Source: Bdellovibrionota bacterium
GTDB lineage: Bacteria; Bdellovibrionota_G; JALEGL01; DATDPG01
Assembly: GCA_963668355.1 (NCBI GenBank)
Contig: OY764265.1
Location: 1,600,001-1,664,000 of the forward strand
Direction: 5' to 3'
DNA length: 64,000 nt
Under the pieces are notes generated by a model that was given only the letters and a program-made list of their open reading frames with translations, was not told the origin of the DNA and made no database searches. A program made the translations under genes and the position numbers. This document shows, one piece after another, positions 28,109-38,305 of the stretch. Each line of letters opens with the position of its first letter. Positions within the stretch are counted from its first letter, which is position 1.

Positions 28109-28180
28109 TCCCACAAAATCTCCTCGGCTCACTTTATGACCGGAACGAAACCCTTGCGCGACGGATGTCGCGCTTTTCTT

Positions 28181-29875
28181 CTAATGGTCGCAGGGATCTG
28201 CGGGTTCGTACTCCGCGTATTCCGGGAACCACATCATTTTGTCGACTTCTTTGCGAATGTCTTCGTCGTGAATATGCCTTCCTACGCCAGCGTGGTGAGC
28301 CTCTTTTACTACGGCCACCGCAATTCGAGCGCTTACCTCTCTCAATTGGGCTAAGGGAGGGTAGAGCGTTCCCTCCTCCAATTCTTTTGAAGTGACCATG
28401 TCTGCTACGGTTTCGGCGGCCACTGTAAACATGGACTCTGTGACTTTTGTTGCTTCGGCCACAATGGCTCCCAGGCCAACGCCCGGAAAGATGTAAACGT
28501 TGTTTGATTGACCGATTTTGTAGGTCTTTCCTTTGTAGGAAACCGGAGGAAAGGGAGACCCGGTAGCTACGATGGCTTTTCCGTCCGTCCAGGCAAAGAT
28601 ATCTTCGGGTTTAGCTTCGGCTTTGCTGTTGGGGTTTGAGAAAGGCATGATGACAGGTTTTTCCACGCAAGCCGCCATGGAGCGAATGAGCTCTTCGGTA
28701 AAGAGTCCTGCTGTTCCTGTGGCTCCAATAAGGATGGTGGGTTTGAAAGCTTTCAGCAGAGCAACAGCGTCACGTGCGATACTGTCGTCGATGCCGAGTT
28801 TCTGGGCCAATTCTTTTGGCCAAGCAAAATCACGATTGGGTTCTCCCGTGAAATCGAGGGTGTCAATCAGCAGGCCTTTTACGTCGAACATGGCAATGGC
28901 GCGAGTCAGGCGTTCTTCTTGGATTCCTGCTTTCCTCAAGTAGTTTCGGTATAGTCGTCCAATTCCAACTCCAGCAGCGCCGGCTCCCATAATCAGAACG
29001 CGTTGATCTTCTAGTTTTGTTTTGGTTGCTCGACATGCTGCGATTATGCCAGAAAGTCCAATAGCAGCGGTTCCTTGGATGTCGTCGTTAAAGCATAAAA
29101 TTCGATCTTGATAGTCCTCCAATAAGTTAAAGGCGTTTTGTTTTAGAAAGTCTTCCCATTGCAATAAAGCTCGGGGGAATAGATGTTTGATGGCCGTGAC
29201 GAATTCTTCCACCAAGTCTTTGTATTCCTCTCCACGCAAGCGAGGATGTCTCCATCCAAGGTAAAAAGGATCCTCCAAGAGGGTTTTGTTGTCAGTCCCA
29301 ACATCGAGGCTGACAGGAAGCGTTTGTTGCGGGTGAATTCCCGCCCCCACAATATAGAGCGAAAGTTTTCCGACCGGAATTCCCATTCCTCCGGCACCTT
29401 GGTCTCCCAGGCCCAAAATTCGTTCATTGTCCGTAACGACGATGAGTCGAATGTCTTTGGCGTGAGCGTTTTCCAAAACTTCCTGAATTTTTCCTTTGTG
29501 TTCAGGCGTGATCCAAATGCCTCGGGCCCGACGCATAATGTGGCTAAATTCCTGGCAGCCTTTTCCTACCGTGGGTGTGTAAACGACGGGAAGGAAATCG
29601 TCCACGTATTCGTGGAGAAGTCGGTAGTAAAGGGTTTGGTTTCGGCTTTGGAGGGAAGTCAGGCCAATGTATCGTTCCAGGGGATCTTGTTTGCGCGTGA
29701 TGCTATCATAGAGTCTGCGACACTGCTCTTCAATGGTCGTTACTTTGCTGGGAAGAAGCCCCTCCAATTCGAATACTTTTCGTTCTTCGGCGGTGAAAGC
29801 TGTCCCTTTATTATAAATTGAATTGTTTAGAAGGTTTTCTCCACGAAGTGTAACTTTCAATTTTTTCACAATCAT
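28181..29875 (-). CDS. maeA: NAD-dependent malic enzyme
   Basis: 'YNKGTAFT', 'PVVYTPTVG', 'ERILGLGDQG', 'FNDDIQGTA', 'GAGAAG', 'SNP', 'QSNNVYIFPG'; start at ATG 29875 or GTG 29869. Confidence 0.95.
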   Translation of the reverse strand: MIVKKLKVTLRGENLLNNSIYNKGTAFTAEERKVFELEGLLPSKVTTIEEQCRRLYDSITRKQDPLERYIGLTSLQSRNQTLYYRLLHEYVDDFLPVVYTPTVGKGCQEFSHIMRRARGIWITPEHKGKIQEVLENAHAKDIRLIVVTDNERILGLGDQGAGGMGIPVGKLSLYIVGAGIHPQQTLPVSLDVGTDNKTLLEDPFYLGWRHPRLRGEEYKDLVEEFVTAIKHLFPRALLQWEDFLKQNAFNLLEDYQDRILCFNDDIQGTAAIGLSGIIAACRATKTKLEDQRVLIMGAGAAGVGIGRLYRNYLRKAGIQEERLTRAIAMFDVKGLLIDTLDFTGEPNRDFAWPKELAQKLGIDDSIARDAVALLKAFKPTILIGATGTAGLFTEELIRSMAACVEKPVIMPFSNPNSKAEAKPEDIFAWTDGKAIVATGSPFPPVSYKGKTYKIGQSNNVYIFPGVGLGAIVAEATKVTESMFTVAAETVADMVTSKELEEGTLYPPLAQLREVSARIAVAVVKEAHHAGVGRHIHDEDIRKEVDKMMWFPEYAEYEPADPCDH

Positions 29876-29972
29876 CCCCTTTGCCATTGAACCAACTGGA
29901 TCGCAATTAACTATAGTTAGCCTCTCAAATTTGACACATAAAGTGATGACTTGGCTCAGGAAAAAAGGGAAC

Positions 29973-31628
29973 TTAAATGGCTTTTTTGATCTCATCGCGC
30001 AGTTGACGATAAGAGGCGTTGGACGCGTCCAAGTCTAAGGCTTGCTCGATGTGTCGAAGGGCTCGTTTGTGTTCTTTTCGATACAGATCGGTTCGTGCGT
30101 GTTGGGCCAAGAGATCCGCGCTAAATTTTCTTTGGGAATCCCCGATGATTTCTTTCCGATAGCGTTGCCGCTCGGAGTTGTCGGATAAAACACGGTAAGC
30201 GTCTGCGATCTCTTTTAAAATGCTCTGCCTTAAGGGCTCTCCTTGAGACTTTTCCGAAGGGGGAATGTTAAGGGCCTTCCATTCTTTCTGTAGGCGTTGA
30301 TAAGCGTTCTCAATCTCGTCTGGCAGGGCAGCCCAGTGGATATGGAGAATTTCAAAAAGATCGATTCCTCTAAACTCTTCCAAGGTTTGCGTTAGGTGGG
30401 GGAGGACGTCCTCCGGCTCTGGTTGGTAGTTCGTTAAGAATGTGAGGAAGCCCAGAAAATAGAACGAGTAGAGGGCTCGAAGAGACTGAATGCGACTCAA
30501 TGCACTGATGGCAAAAAGGCGACGAAGGCGAACGGGCTTATCCAGGGTTACTTCTAAAAACCTTTGTTCTTGTTCGGATAGTTTCAAAAGAGAGGGGTCA
30601 AAGGGAAGAGTCTCGGGTTTTGAAACGAAGTGGGTCATATAAGGGTCCAGCCCGTGACGCAGTTCGTCGGTTGGGTAGGATGCTGCGGCTTCGATGATTC
30701 CTCGAAACAAGGCTCTGCGGAAACTGACGGGGACCAAAAGAATTTTCTTCAAATGGTTTTTGCCTTCCAAAAAAGAATATTGTGTTTCCGGCCAGGCGAA
30801 TGTTTGTCCCAAGTTCCGGTAGATGACTTGGCGGATAATTTTTGCGAGCATTTTTTTGTTCTCGTTGGAAGCGAGAAGGATACTGTCTGTTTTTTCGGTG
30901 GCGTCCCTTTCCTCTCGAATTTTTCGGTACTGGGTCTCTGTGAGCTTTCCCGCCTTTCTCATCAGGTAGGCCACGGAATCTGTTTCGTTTTGAGGTTTCT
31001 TTTCGGCTCCGACGATTTGTCCATCGTTGAAATAGATCGTGGTGGAGGAATCGTTGGCTTGGCAGATGAGAGCGCCACTGACTTGAAGGCGGGCGATGTC
31101 TGTCACCAACCCCAAAAGGGTTCCCTCAAGAAATCTGGTTCTTGGTTCGAATCCCAGATCGTTGGCCTCATCGAAAATATGCCGAAGAACCGTGGGAAGG
31201 TGGAAGCGGAGGCGGCCTTCTCGCTCAAAGGAAATGGGAGATAGGGCGGGCTGGGCCGAGGAGGCGGTGGAATTCTTTTCTGAAGAAGTCCGTGTGGGAG
31301 GCTGGGAAATCAGCTGTTGCAAGGCCTGTTGAATTTCTGGGGTCAGGTTCAGGATTTGGAAAGCCACTCGTTTGGGCTTGATGGAAATAACCTCTCCTTG
31401 GAACTGAACTTCTTCTTCTTTTTGGGGATGCGTAGCTCGAATTACGTAGCGGGATCGCAGTGGAAAATCTCCTTGAATGAGCAGCTCCAAAGCTCCCACT
31501 TCGAGATTTTGAAAAAAGGTGTTTAAAGATTCGATGTCTTGGGTGACATCGAACACAAGCTCGAGTTCGGGAGGTGTCGAAGAGGAGGGTTTCTCTTCTT
31601 TCACGGAAACAGTCCTTTCTCCTTCCAT
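29973..31628 (-). CDS. PilZ-like / DUF4388 / J-domain-like / TPR multidomain protein
   Basis: DUF4388-like 'SGALIC...IYFNDGQIVGA'; J-like 'LFEILHI...EIENAYQRL...IADAYRVLSD..RQRY' without HPD; terminal TPR; start uncertain. Confidence 0.7.
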   Translation of the reverse strand: MEGERTVSVKEEKPSSSTPPELELVFDVTQDIESLNTFFQNLEVGALELLIQGDFPLRSRYVIRATHPQKEEEVQFQGEVISIKPKRVAFQILNLTPEIQQALQQLISQPPTRTSSEKNSTASSAQPALSPISFEREGRLRFHLPTVLRHIFDEANDLGFEPRTRFLEGTLLGLVTDIARLQVSGALICQANDSSTTIYFNDGQIVGAEKKPQNETDSVAYLMRKAGKLTETQYRKIREERDATEKTDSILLASNENKKMLAKIIRQVIYRNLGQTFAWPETQYSFLEGKNHLKKILLVPVSFRRALFRGIIEAAASYPTDELRHGLDPYMTHFVSKPETLPFDPSLLKLSEQEQRFLEVTLDKPVRLRRLFAISALSRIQSLRALYSFYFLGFLTFLTNYQPEPEDVLPHLTQTLEEFRGIDLFEILHIHWAALPDEIENAYQRLQKEWKALNIPPSEKSQGEPLRQSILKEIADAYRVLSDNSERQRYRKEIIGDSQRKFSADLLAQHARTDLYRKEHKRALRHIEQALDLDASNASYRQLRDEIKKAI

Positions 31629-31731
31629 TATAGGACACCCCTTGCGAGGTCGGCAAGGAGAGGCTTTTTCCGACTGCGGGAAAGGTTGTTCATTTGAGTA
31701 AAATCCCATTAGACTGAAGCCCATTCACGCC

Positions 31732-33570
31732 ATGCCTGCCGAAAATAAAGAATGGAATGATGTTGATTTTATCGTTGCCGTCTCGCTCCCTTCTTCGGGG
31801 GAGGTGCTTTCTTTCAGAGCTCGAAAAGCTCGAGTGGATGCGCTTTTCTTAGAAATTGATGACGTAAAAGCTCAAGATTTGGGGATTTCAGAGGACGACG
31901 AGATTGTTCTCGAAATTTCCGGAGTTCAAGAAGGTCGTGCGGATGCTCCGGTGCGTGTCGTGCGAATTGGAGATCGGCCGGGAACCTCGTCTGCTTTTAT
32001 GGGGGTTAAGTTCCTTCAACCTCTCTCAGACGTTTGGGTAAAGCATGTCGGGATACCCGAGCCCTCCTCTCAGGAATCCGCCCAACCTTTTGAGTCCCCT
32101 GATGTCTCGCCGGAAGATCATGTCCAGTTCATTCATCTTCAACCGGAAGATGTCAAAGAGTTGGTCCCTCGGTTGCTGGAGATGTCACCCGCCAATGTCG
32201 GAAGCTTGTCCGATTTTGAACAGATTGTTCGAAATGAAATCATGATGCTAACGGCAACGGATCGGGAGTTGATTCAGAGGGGAAAGGATGGGGAACTTCC
32301 CGAAGATACGCCCGAGTTTTTGGAATGGGAAATTCTCTTATTGTCTCTTCAAATACGTGCGGAGGCCACGTTGTTGCGGAAAGTGAGTCGGGCCACGTCA
32401 GGAATCCTTTCGGTGATGGTGGAAAATGTCATCGCGGAATTTCGACACCGCGTGGCGAATCTCGAACAAAGAGTGTCTGAGGTATCCACGAAACTATTAT
32501 CTTCTCCCGAAACGATGGAGGCATTTAAAGGCCTCTCCAGAAAACAAGGAGCCTTGGATTCCATTTTGCACGAGTTTCAAATTTTTCATTTCTCTCAGGT
32601 TCTTCGGGATACGCAAAAGGGGTCTCATCCGAGACCGCTTGAAGAACTCAGTGCCATTCAGCCGCGTTCCATTGAAAGCTATATTGAAATGTTGGGAGGC
32701 GATTCGGATAACCCTGCCCGAAAACGTCGACGTCGGCCCGAGCTATTGAACGATTGCATTAAATTATACGATGCCTGGGAGAAGGAGCTTAAGGAGGCCA
32801 AGGTTTCTTCGGAAGTCATGGATGTGATTCGGCACGGATTGGCTCTGGCTGGAAAAATTGCGGTGGAAGCACGAGGCATGCGTATGCTTTTCGAAGGAGC
32901 CGATCATTCCTTGTTCGTCGGCCATATGCGAAGACTCGCTCAGCAAGACGATTTGGCGTATGGAAAATTTGCGGCCGACCTTAAGCGCGTCGAAAAAACC
33001 GCTTCGGGGCTGGCTGAAATGAGGCTTCGGCAAACCCGTGAAAAGACTCGGCAAGCCTATGTCTCTTTAACCAATGTGTTGGATTGTTTTCCCCCTGAGT
33101 TTCGTCCACAGGTCGCGGGTCACGTAAGGTATGAAATCAGTCAAGATGCCAGGCGGGCTCCCTCAAAAGAGGAGGTTCGGGTTCCCAAAACCTTTCTTGA
33201 AAAAACGCTTCCCGTATTGGGGCATAAGTTTGTGTTGATTGGAGCCACCGTTTTTGTTGCGATCGGGTTGCTCTGGTTGGCGTTCAATTTGTTCGAAGAT
33301 CGTACGTCTCCCATTGCCCAGTCAGGCTATCAGACGATTCTTCCCTTTTCAGAGGTTTACGAGCAAAGGGGGCGCTTTGTTGGCGTTGTGAATCAAGAGC
33401 TCTGGAGAAATCTTTCTAAAATGGAACGGACCCGCAAGGCTCAATCCTTGAGAGAGTGGGCGGGAAGAAACGGTCTCAAAGGGCTTAAACTGCTGGATGA
33501 AAATGGAGAAAAGCTTGTGACAACGGGAGATGGCATCACTTGGGGTCAACTGATCTTTTGGGAAAATTGA
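31732..33570 (+). CDS. Hypothetical membrane-anchored protein with PilZ-like N-terminus and helical middle
   Basis: 'VRVVRI....FMGVKF' PilZ-like strands; single TM near the C-terminus. Confidence 0.6.
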   Translation: MPAENKEWNDVDFIVAVSLPSSGEVLSFRARKARVDALFLEIDDVKAQDLGISEDDEIVLEISGVQEGRADAPVRVVRIGDRPGTSSAFMGVKFLQPLSDVWVKHVGIPEPSSQESAQPFESPDVSPEDHVQFIHLQPEDVKELVPRLLEMSPANVGSLSDFEQIVRNEIMMLTATDRELIQRGKDGELPEDTPEFLEWEILLLSLQIRAEATLLRKVSRATSGILSVMVENVIAEFRHRVANLEQRVSEVSTKLLSSPETMEAFKGLSRKQGALDSILHEFQIFHFSQVLRDTQKGSHPRPLEELSAIQPRSIESYIEMLGGDSDNPARKRRRRPELLNDCIKLYDAWEKELKEAKVSSEVMDVIRHGLALAGKIAVEARGMRMLFEGADHSLFVGHMRRLAQQDDLAYGKFAADLKRVEKTASGLAEMRLRQTREKTRQAYVSLTNVLDCFPPEFRPQVAGHVRYEISQDARRAPSKEEVRVPKTFLEKTLPVLGHKFVLIGATVFVAIGLLWLAFNLFEDRTSPIAQSGYQTILPFSEVYEQRGRFVGVVNQELWRNLSKMERTRKAQSLREWAGRNGLKGLKLLDENGEKLVTTGDGITWGQLIFWEN

Positions 33571-33586
33571 GGAAGGTTTTTTTGCC

Positions 33587-35281
33587 ATGACAAAACTTAC
33601 GGTTTTTGCGCTTTTGTTTTCTTTTTTTATGAGCGGTTCGGTAAACGCAGAAAAGAGCATTGATTTTCGTTTAAAACAACTGACTCCTTTTCAGGTGGCG
33701 GATTCGCGCGTTGAAAAACTTTCTTCGAAGGATCAAGCGGTCTTGCGACATCTTCTTCATGCATCCATGATTATGGACGCCTTGTATCTTCAGCAAATGC
33801 ATCCTCGTTCCGCAGCCTGGAAACATCGCTTGGAGCGCCTCGCGGGATTGAATTCGCAGTGGAAAAAGTATCGAAAATATTTTGCTTTGAGCTACGGTCC
33901 CTGGGACATCTTTTTTGAGGACTGGGTGTTGCCGAAAAATGTTTTTTTGGAAGAAGAACCTCTGTTGGGGCGAAATTTTTATCCAGAGGGTTGGACGGCA
34001 TCGAAGATCGAAACTTGGTTAACTCGGCACCCGAAACGCAACGAAGAGATTCGTAGTCCCTATACGATGGTCAGGGAAGATGAAAAGGGGGATCTTTTTG
34101 CCATTCCATATTCACGTTTTTTCTCCCGGGATTTAGAAGCGGCGGCTAAACACCTCGAGGCGGCGGCGCGTCTTGCAGGAGACCCAAACCTCGAAGCTCT
34201 CTTGCGCTCTCGGGCGCATGCCTTTCGAACCAATCAGTACAATGAGACGGAGAAAGATTGGATCGCTGCATGGAATTCTGACATTCAACTGACCATTGGG
34301 CCCTATGAAGAATATGATGACCGTTTGCTGGGAGTGAAGAGAGGTTTCGGATCCCGAGTGGCTTTAAAGGACCCTGTTTCGACCCAAGACCTTCAAGAGT
34401 ATCTTTCTTACATCGAAGATTTTCAAAAGCGTTTACCCATGCATCCTCATCATCTGAAAGATAAAAGGAAGGCGAGTTTCATTACGGCGGTCAATGAGAT
34501 TTTTATGACAGGTGAATCCAAAGCGGGGGTTCAGACATTGGCCCATAAGCTTCCAAATGATCGGTCCGTGACGTTAAAACATGGAAGTCGCCGTGTTCTT
34601 TTTATGAATATCTTGGAAGGAAAGTGCAAAAATATTCTTAAGCCCATTGGAGATGTGGTTTTGAAGCCTTCTCTGAGAAGGTATGTGTCGTGCGATTCGT
34701 TTAAAAAATTCACCCTCCATCATGAGATCGCGCATGCTTTGGGCCCGGCATTTTATTATCGCGATATCGAAAAGCGAACGGGTCGCAAACGGATCCAAGA
34801 TCTTCTGGGCGTATGGGGATCCCCTGTTGAAGAGGCTAAGGCGGATATCGTCGGATTGTATGATCGACAGTTCTTGTTTGAGAAGAAGTTGGAGCCTTCT
34901 TCCAAAGAAAAAGAAATGTATGCGACCTATTTAGCCGGGATTTTTAGAACGGTACGTTTCGGGGCTGGAAGTGCTCACAAGAAAGGCATCATGTTGCAAT
35001 TCAATATGCTGCGTGAAAAGGGAGCGTTGTTTTTTGACGAAAAAGGGCTTGTGGTCTTTGACGTAGAAAAAATGAAATCCGCCGTTCCCGAAGTCGTAAA
35101 GTTTGTTCTCAATTTGCAAGCCGAAGGCTCCTCCCAAAAAGCCCAGGCTGCCTTGGAAAAATATGGATCGGTTCCCCCAAAGATGAGGAGGCTTTTGGAT
35201 CAGGTCGCCAAAAAGAAGATTCCAAGAGATTTATATCCTCATTTTCCTTCGGCGGAGGCGTTATTGCGCGGCGAGTCGTAG
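33587..35281 (+). CDS. Exported zinc peptidase, M49 (dipeptidyl peptidase III-like)
   Basis: 'HEIAHALGP' and 'EEAKAD' motifs, 'GPYEEYDD', 'LPND'; signal peptide. Confidence 0.88.
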   Translation: MTKLTVFALLFSFFMSGSVNAEKSIDFRLKQLTPFQVADSRVEKLSSKDQAVLRHLLHASMIMDALYLQQMHPRSAAWKHRLERLAGLNSQWKKYRKYFALSYGPWDIFFEDWVLPKNVFLEEEPLLGRNFYPEGWTASKIETWLTRHPKRNEEIRSPYTMVREDEKGDLFAIPYSRFFSRDLEAAAKHLEAAARLAGDPNLEALLRSRAHAFRTNQYNETEKDWIAAWNSDIQLTIGPYEEYDDRLLGVKRGFGSRVALKDPVSTQDLQEYLSYIEDFQKRLPMHPHHLKDKRKASFITAVNEIFMTGESKAGVQTLAHKLPNDRSVTLKHGSRRVLFMNILEGKCKNILKPIGDVVLKPSLRRYVSCDSFKKFTLHHEIAHALGPAFYYRDIEKRTGRKRIQDLLGVWGSPVEEAKADIVGLYDRQFLFEKKLEPSSKEKEMYATYLAGIFRTVRFGAGSAHKKGIMLQFNMLREKGALFFDEKGLVVFDVEKMKSAVPEVVKFVLNLQAEGSSQKAQAALEKYGSVPPKMRRLLDQVAKKKIPRDLYPHFPSAEALLRGES

Positions 35282-35394
35282 GCTAGGCCTAACCACTTGA
35301 ATATAAACGAAAAAAAATAAAAATAATTTAAGAATTGAGGTGGATTCTTGGGCCTCATTCATGGTACGACCTTCCCGAAGTTTAGAGGTGTTTC

Positions 35395-36699
35395 ATGGGT
35401 CGTCCCCAGTGTCGTACAATTCGATGGTCCCCGATATGGAATCTGCTTTTCATCGCCCTCTTTTTACTTCCGACTTCGGCTTCGTCTTTTGAAGATCCCA
35501 TTGAAAAGGGACATCGAATTTATCAGAAGATGCTTCAAACGATTTTGTCTTCGCAGACCCTTTCCTATGAGGTCACTTGGACATCTGAAACACATTTGTT
35601 GGATATGGACCCCGAGCGGATTCGGTATCACGTTTGGCTGAAGAAACCTCATTTCGTTCGCATTGAGGTTAAGGATCTGTCTTTCTTCAAGGAGGCGGTG
35701 TTGATCGGAGACGGTAAAACGTTCTGGAGCTATTGGCCGACAGGCTATCCGAGGCCTTATGACCTGCCCGATCAAATCGATGAACGAGATTTGGATAAAG
35801 TCTATTTTTCGTTGCCGATGAAAAGAAGTGAAGAACAGGGACATTGGGGGTCGGTTTCCCATCGATTCAACACCCTGGGCATTGTTTCTGGCCTTCCCAT
35901 TTTAAATCCGAGTCACTTCTTTGGTTCAGACTTGGGTTTTGAAAGACAACTTAAGGCTGTGATCTGGAAAAAAGAGGAGATTGTTCAAGAAATCTTATGT
36001 GACGTGATCGAGGTTTCCTATCCGAATCGAAATCGGACCCTCTTGTATTGGGTGTCCACGAAAAACCATTTTCCTTTAAAAGCTCAGGAACATTTTTCAG
36101 ATTTTGCAGAAATTCATGAGGATTGGTCCAACGTAAAAAGCAATCGGCCGATTTCGAATGATTTGTTTTCTTGGACTCCTCCAGAAGGTTGGAAAGATCT
36201 CAATGAAGCGAAAAAAGAAAAGTCTTCTGCCAAAAGTGGACTCTTAGACGTGGGGCGAAAAGCTCCAGAGTTTCAGATTGAGCTTTTGGATGGACAAGCA
36301 TTTTCCCTTTCGGATCACTTGGGTTCGGTGGTGTGGCTTTCTTTTTGGGGGGTTCATTGTCCTCCCTGCAAAAAAGAAATGGAAATGTTGCAGCGCTTTT
36401 TCGAAGAGAATGAGGGTCGAGGCTTTTTGCCCCTCGGATTCAATGTGTGGGATGACTTGTCGACCGTTCAGGAATTTGTTTCAAAGCACAATATTGAATT
36501 TCCTGTGGTCGCTGAACGCTCCGCTTATGCCGACCATGTCTTTTTGAATTTGTATCAAGAAGGGAAGGGGGAGTCCTCGATTCCCCTGAACTACATCATT
36601 GATAAAGTGGGGATCATTCGCAAAGTGTGGAGGGGGGGTATTGACCCCGACCAGGAGCAAGAGCTTCTGAATTTCGTCGCGTCTTTGTTGGACGCCTAG
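35395..36699 (+). CDS. LolA-like domain fused to TlpA/ResA-type thioredoxin
   Basis: 'IGDGKTFWSY' and 'FSWTPPEG' LolA-like fold ends; 'APEFQI..LDG...WGVHCPPCKKEM'. Confidence 0.75.
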   Translation: MGRPQCRTIRWSPIWNLLFIALFLLPTSASSFEDPIEKGHRIYQKMLQTILSSQTLSYEVTWTSETHLLDMDPERIRYHVWLKKPHFVRIEVKDLSFFKEAVLIGDGKTFWSYWPTGYPRPYDLPDQIDERDLDKVYFSLPMKRSEEQGHWGSVSHRFNTLGIVSGLPILNPSHFFGSDLGFERQLKAVIWKKEEIVQEILCDVIEVSYPNRNRTLLYWVSTKNHFPLKAQEHFSDFAEIHEDWSNVKSNRPISNDLFSWTPPEGWKDLNEAKKEKSSAKSGLLDVGRKAPEFQIELLDGQAFSLSDHLGSVVWLSFWGVHCPPCKKEMEMLQRFFEENEGRGFLPLGFNVWDDLSTVQEFVSKHNIEFPVVAERSAYADHVFLNLYQEGKGESSIPLNYIIDKVGIIRKVWRGGIDPDQEQELLNFVASLLDA

Positions 36700-36704
36700 T
36701 TGGG

Positions 36705-38117
36705 TTAAATCCAACCCAAGACCGCGTGTAAAACATACAAAAATCCCAAAACGATTCCGATTCCGACGACGGAAATGATCGTTCCGTAACGGGCCATGTC
36801 TTTGGTTTCGATGATTTCTGTGGCAAATGCAATGGCATTGGGCGGAGTGCTGATGGGTAAGCTCATGGCTAAAGAACATGCCAGGGCAACCGTTACTCCT
36901 CCCAAAAGTGGATCAATGGCTGACATTGTGATCACCAGAGGGATGATGAGGTTGGCGGCTGCGGTATGACTCATAAAATTGGATAGGATGAGTCCCGTTA
37001 CGGCCATGAGAGCAAGCAAAGCCATAGCGGGCACTGGAATAAAGGAAATGTGATGAACAAAAAAGTCAGAAAGACCCGATTGTTTCATCGCAACACCCAT
37101 CGTGAGTCCACCCGCAATGAGGATCAATACATGCCATTCAATTTTCTTTAAGTCTTCCCGGTCAAGAATGCCGAACATGGTAAAGACCATGATGGGAAGC
37201 AAAGCCACTACAGCTGAGGGAATGTGAAAAAGAGGTTGGGTTAGCCAGAGGAATACCGTAATGGCCGTGGTGATGACTACGATAACAAGGTCCCATGTCA
37301 CATTCAGCGTTTCGGGGAAAAGGATCTCGAAATGATCTTCTCGGGGTTTGAAAATGCGGAAGAGCATTTGCCATAGGAAGAATAACATGACGAGAACAAT
37401 GGGAACCCCCACCAGCATCCACTTCACAAAGGAAATGGGATGCCCCAGTTCTCCGAGGAGTGAGGCGGCCACGGCGTTTGGAGGGGTTCCGATGATGGTT
37501 CCCATACCTCCAATGTTTGCCGCAAAAGGAACGGCGAGAACCAAAGCTTTTTTGAACGGATCTCGTCCTTCGAAATGTCGAAACAGGGGGCCAAGAATGG
37601 CGATCATCATGGCGGTTGTCGCCGTGTTGGACATGAGCATGGAAAACATCGCTGTGCTCAATATGATTCCAAGCAAAACCATTTTTGGATGTGTCCCGAA
37701 AGGACGGATGAAGGCCTTGGCCAATCGGATATCCAGACCATGCTTGGAGGCTGCCACCGCGATGATGAATCCCCCAAAGAACAGGACAAGAACCGGGCTG
37801 GATAGCGGATTCAGAAAAACCCTATAGTTGGTGGCTCCGGCCGCAATCTCCAGGCTTTCAGAATGTCCGAGAAGAAACACGGATAAGACAATGACCATGA
37901 TTCCTGTGGCAAACGGGGGAATGGCTTCTGTCACCCAGAATCCCGCGGCTCCTACAAAAATCATGAGACAAATTCGAGCATCATGGCTCAGGCCTTCCAA
38001 AGGAAGTTGGCCTGCCGTGATGGCCAAAAAGATGACAATCAAAGCTTTGAGTGTGGAACGCCAAGGAATCGCTAAAATAAGGTTTCCGTCCTTGTCGAAA
38101 TTGATTTCGTGTTTCAT
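36705..38117 (-). CDS. DASS/SLC13 family sodium-coupled anion symporter
   Basis: 'SNTATTAMM', 'GTPPN', 'SHTA', 'STPPNAIA'. Confidence 0.92.
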   Translation of the reverse strand: MKHEINFDKDGNLILAIPWRSTLKALIVIFLAITAGQLPLEGLSHDARICLMIFVGAAGFWVTEAIPPFATGIMVIVLSVFLLGHSESLEIAAGATNYRVFLNPLSSPVLVLFFGGFIIAVAASKHGLDIRLAKAFIRPFGTHPKMVLLGIILSTAMFSMLMSNTATTAMMIAILGPLFRHFEGRDPFKKALVLAVPFAANIGGMGTIIGTPPNAVAASLLGELGHPISFVKWMLVGVPIVLVMLFFLWQMLFRIFKPREDHFEILFPETLNVTWDLVIVVITTAITVFLWLTQPLFHIPSAVVALLPIMVFTMFGILDREDLKKIEWHVLILIAGGLTMGVAMKQSGLSDFFVHHISFIPVPAMALLALMAVTGLILSNFMSHTAAANLIIPLVITMSAIDPLLGGVTVALACSLAMSLPISTPPNAIAFATEIIETKDMARYGTIISVVGIGIVLGFLYVLHAVLGWI

Positions 38118-38305
38118 TGAATGGTTTTCCTTCGGTCTTAAATGCGGCCGGGGGGTATCGCACATTTCTCCCAATTGCGAAAGATGGTTTTTAAAAAAAG
38201 GGAAATTATCCTTATAAAAAAAGAGCTTACGGTTCTCGTCATTGACTTTTTCCGGCCAGCAGGCATGGTATTTTCGAAAACGTTAGAAAGGAAAGCGTCT
38301 TTTCG

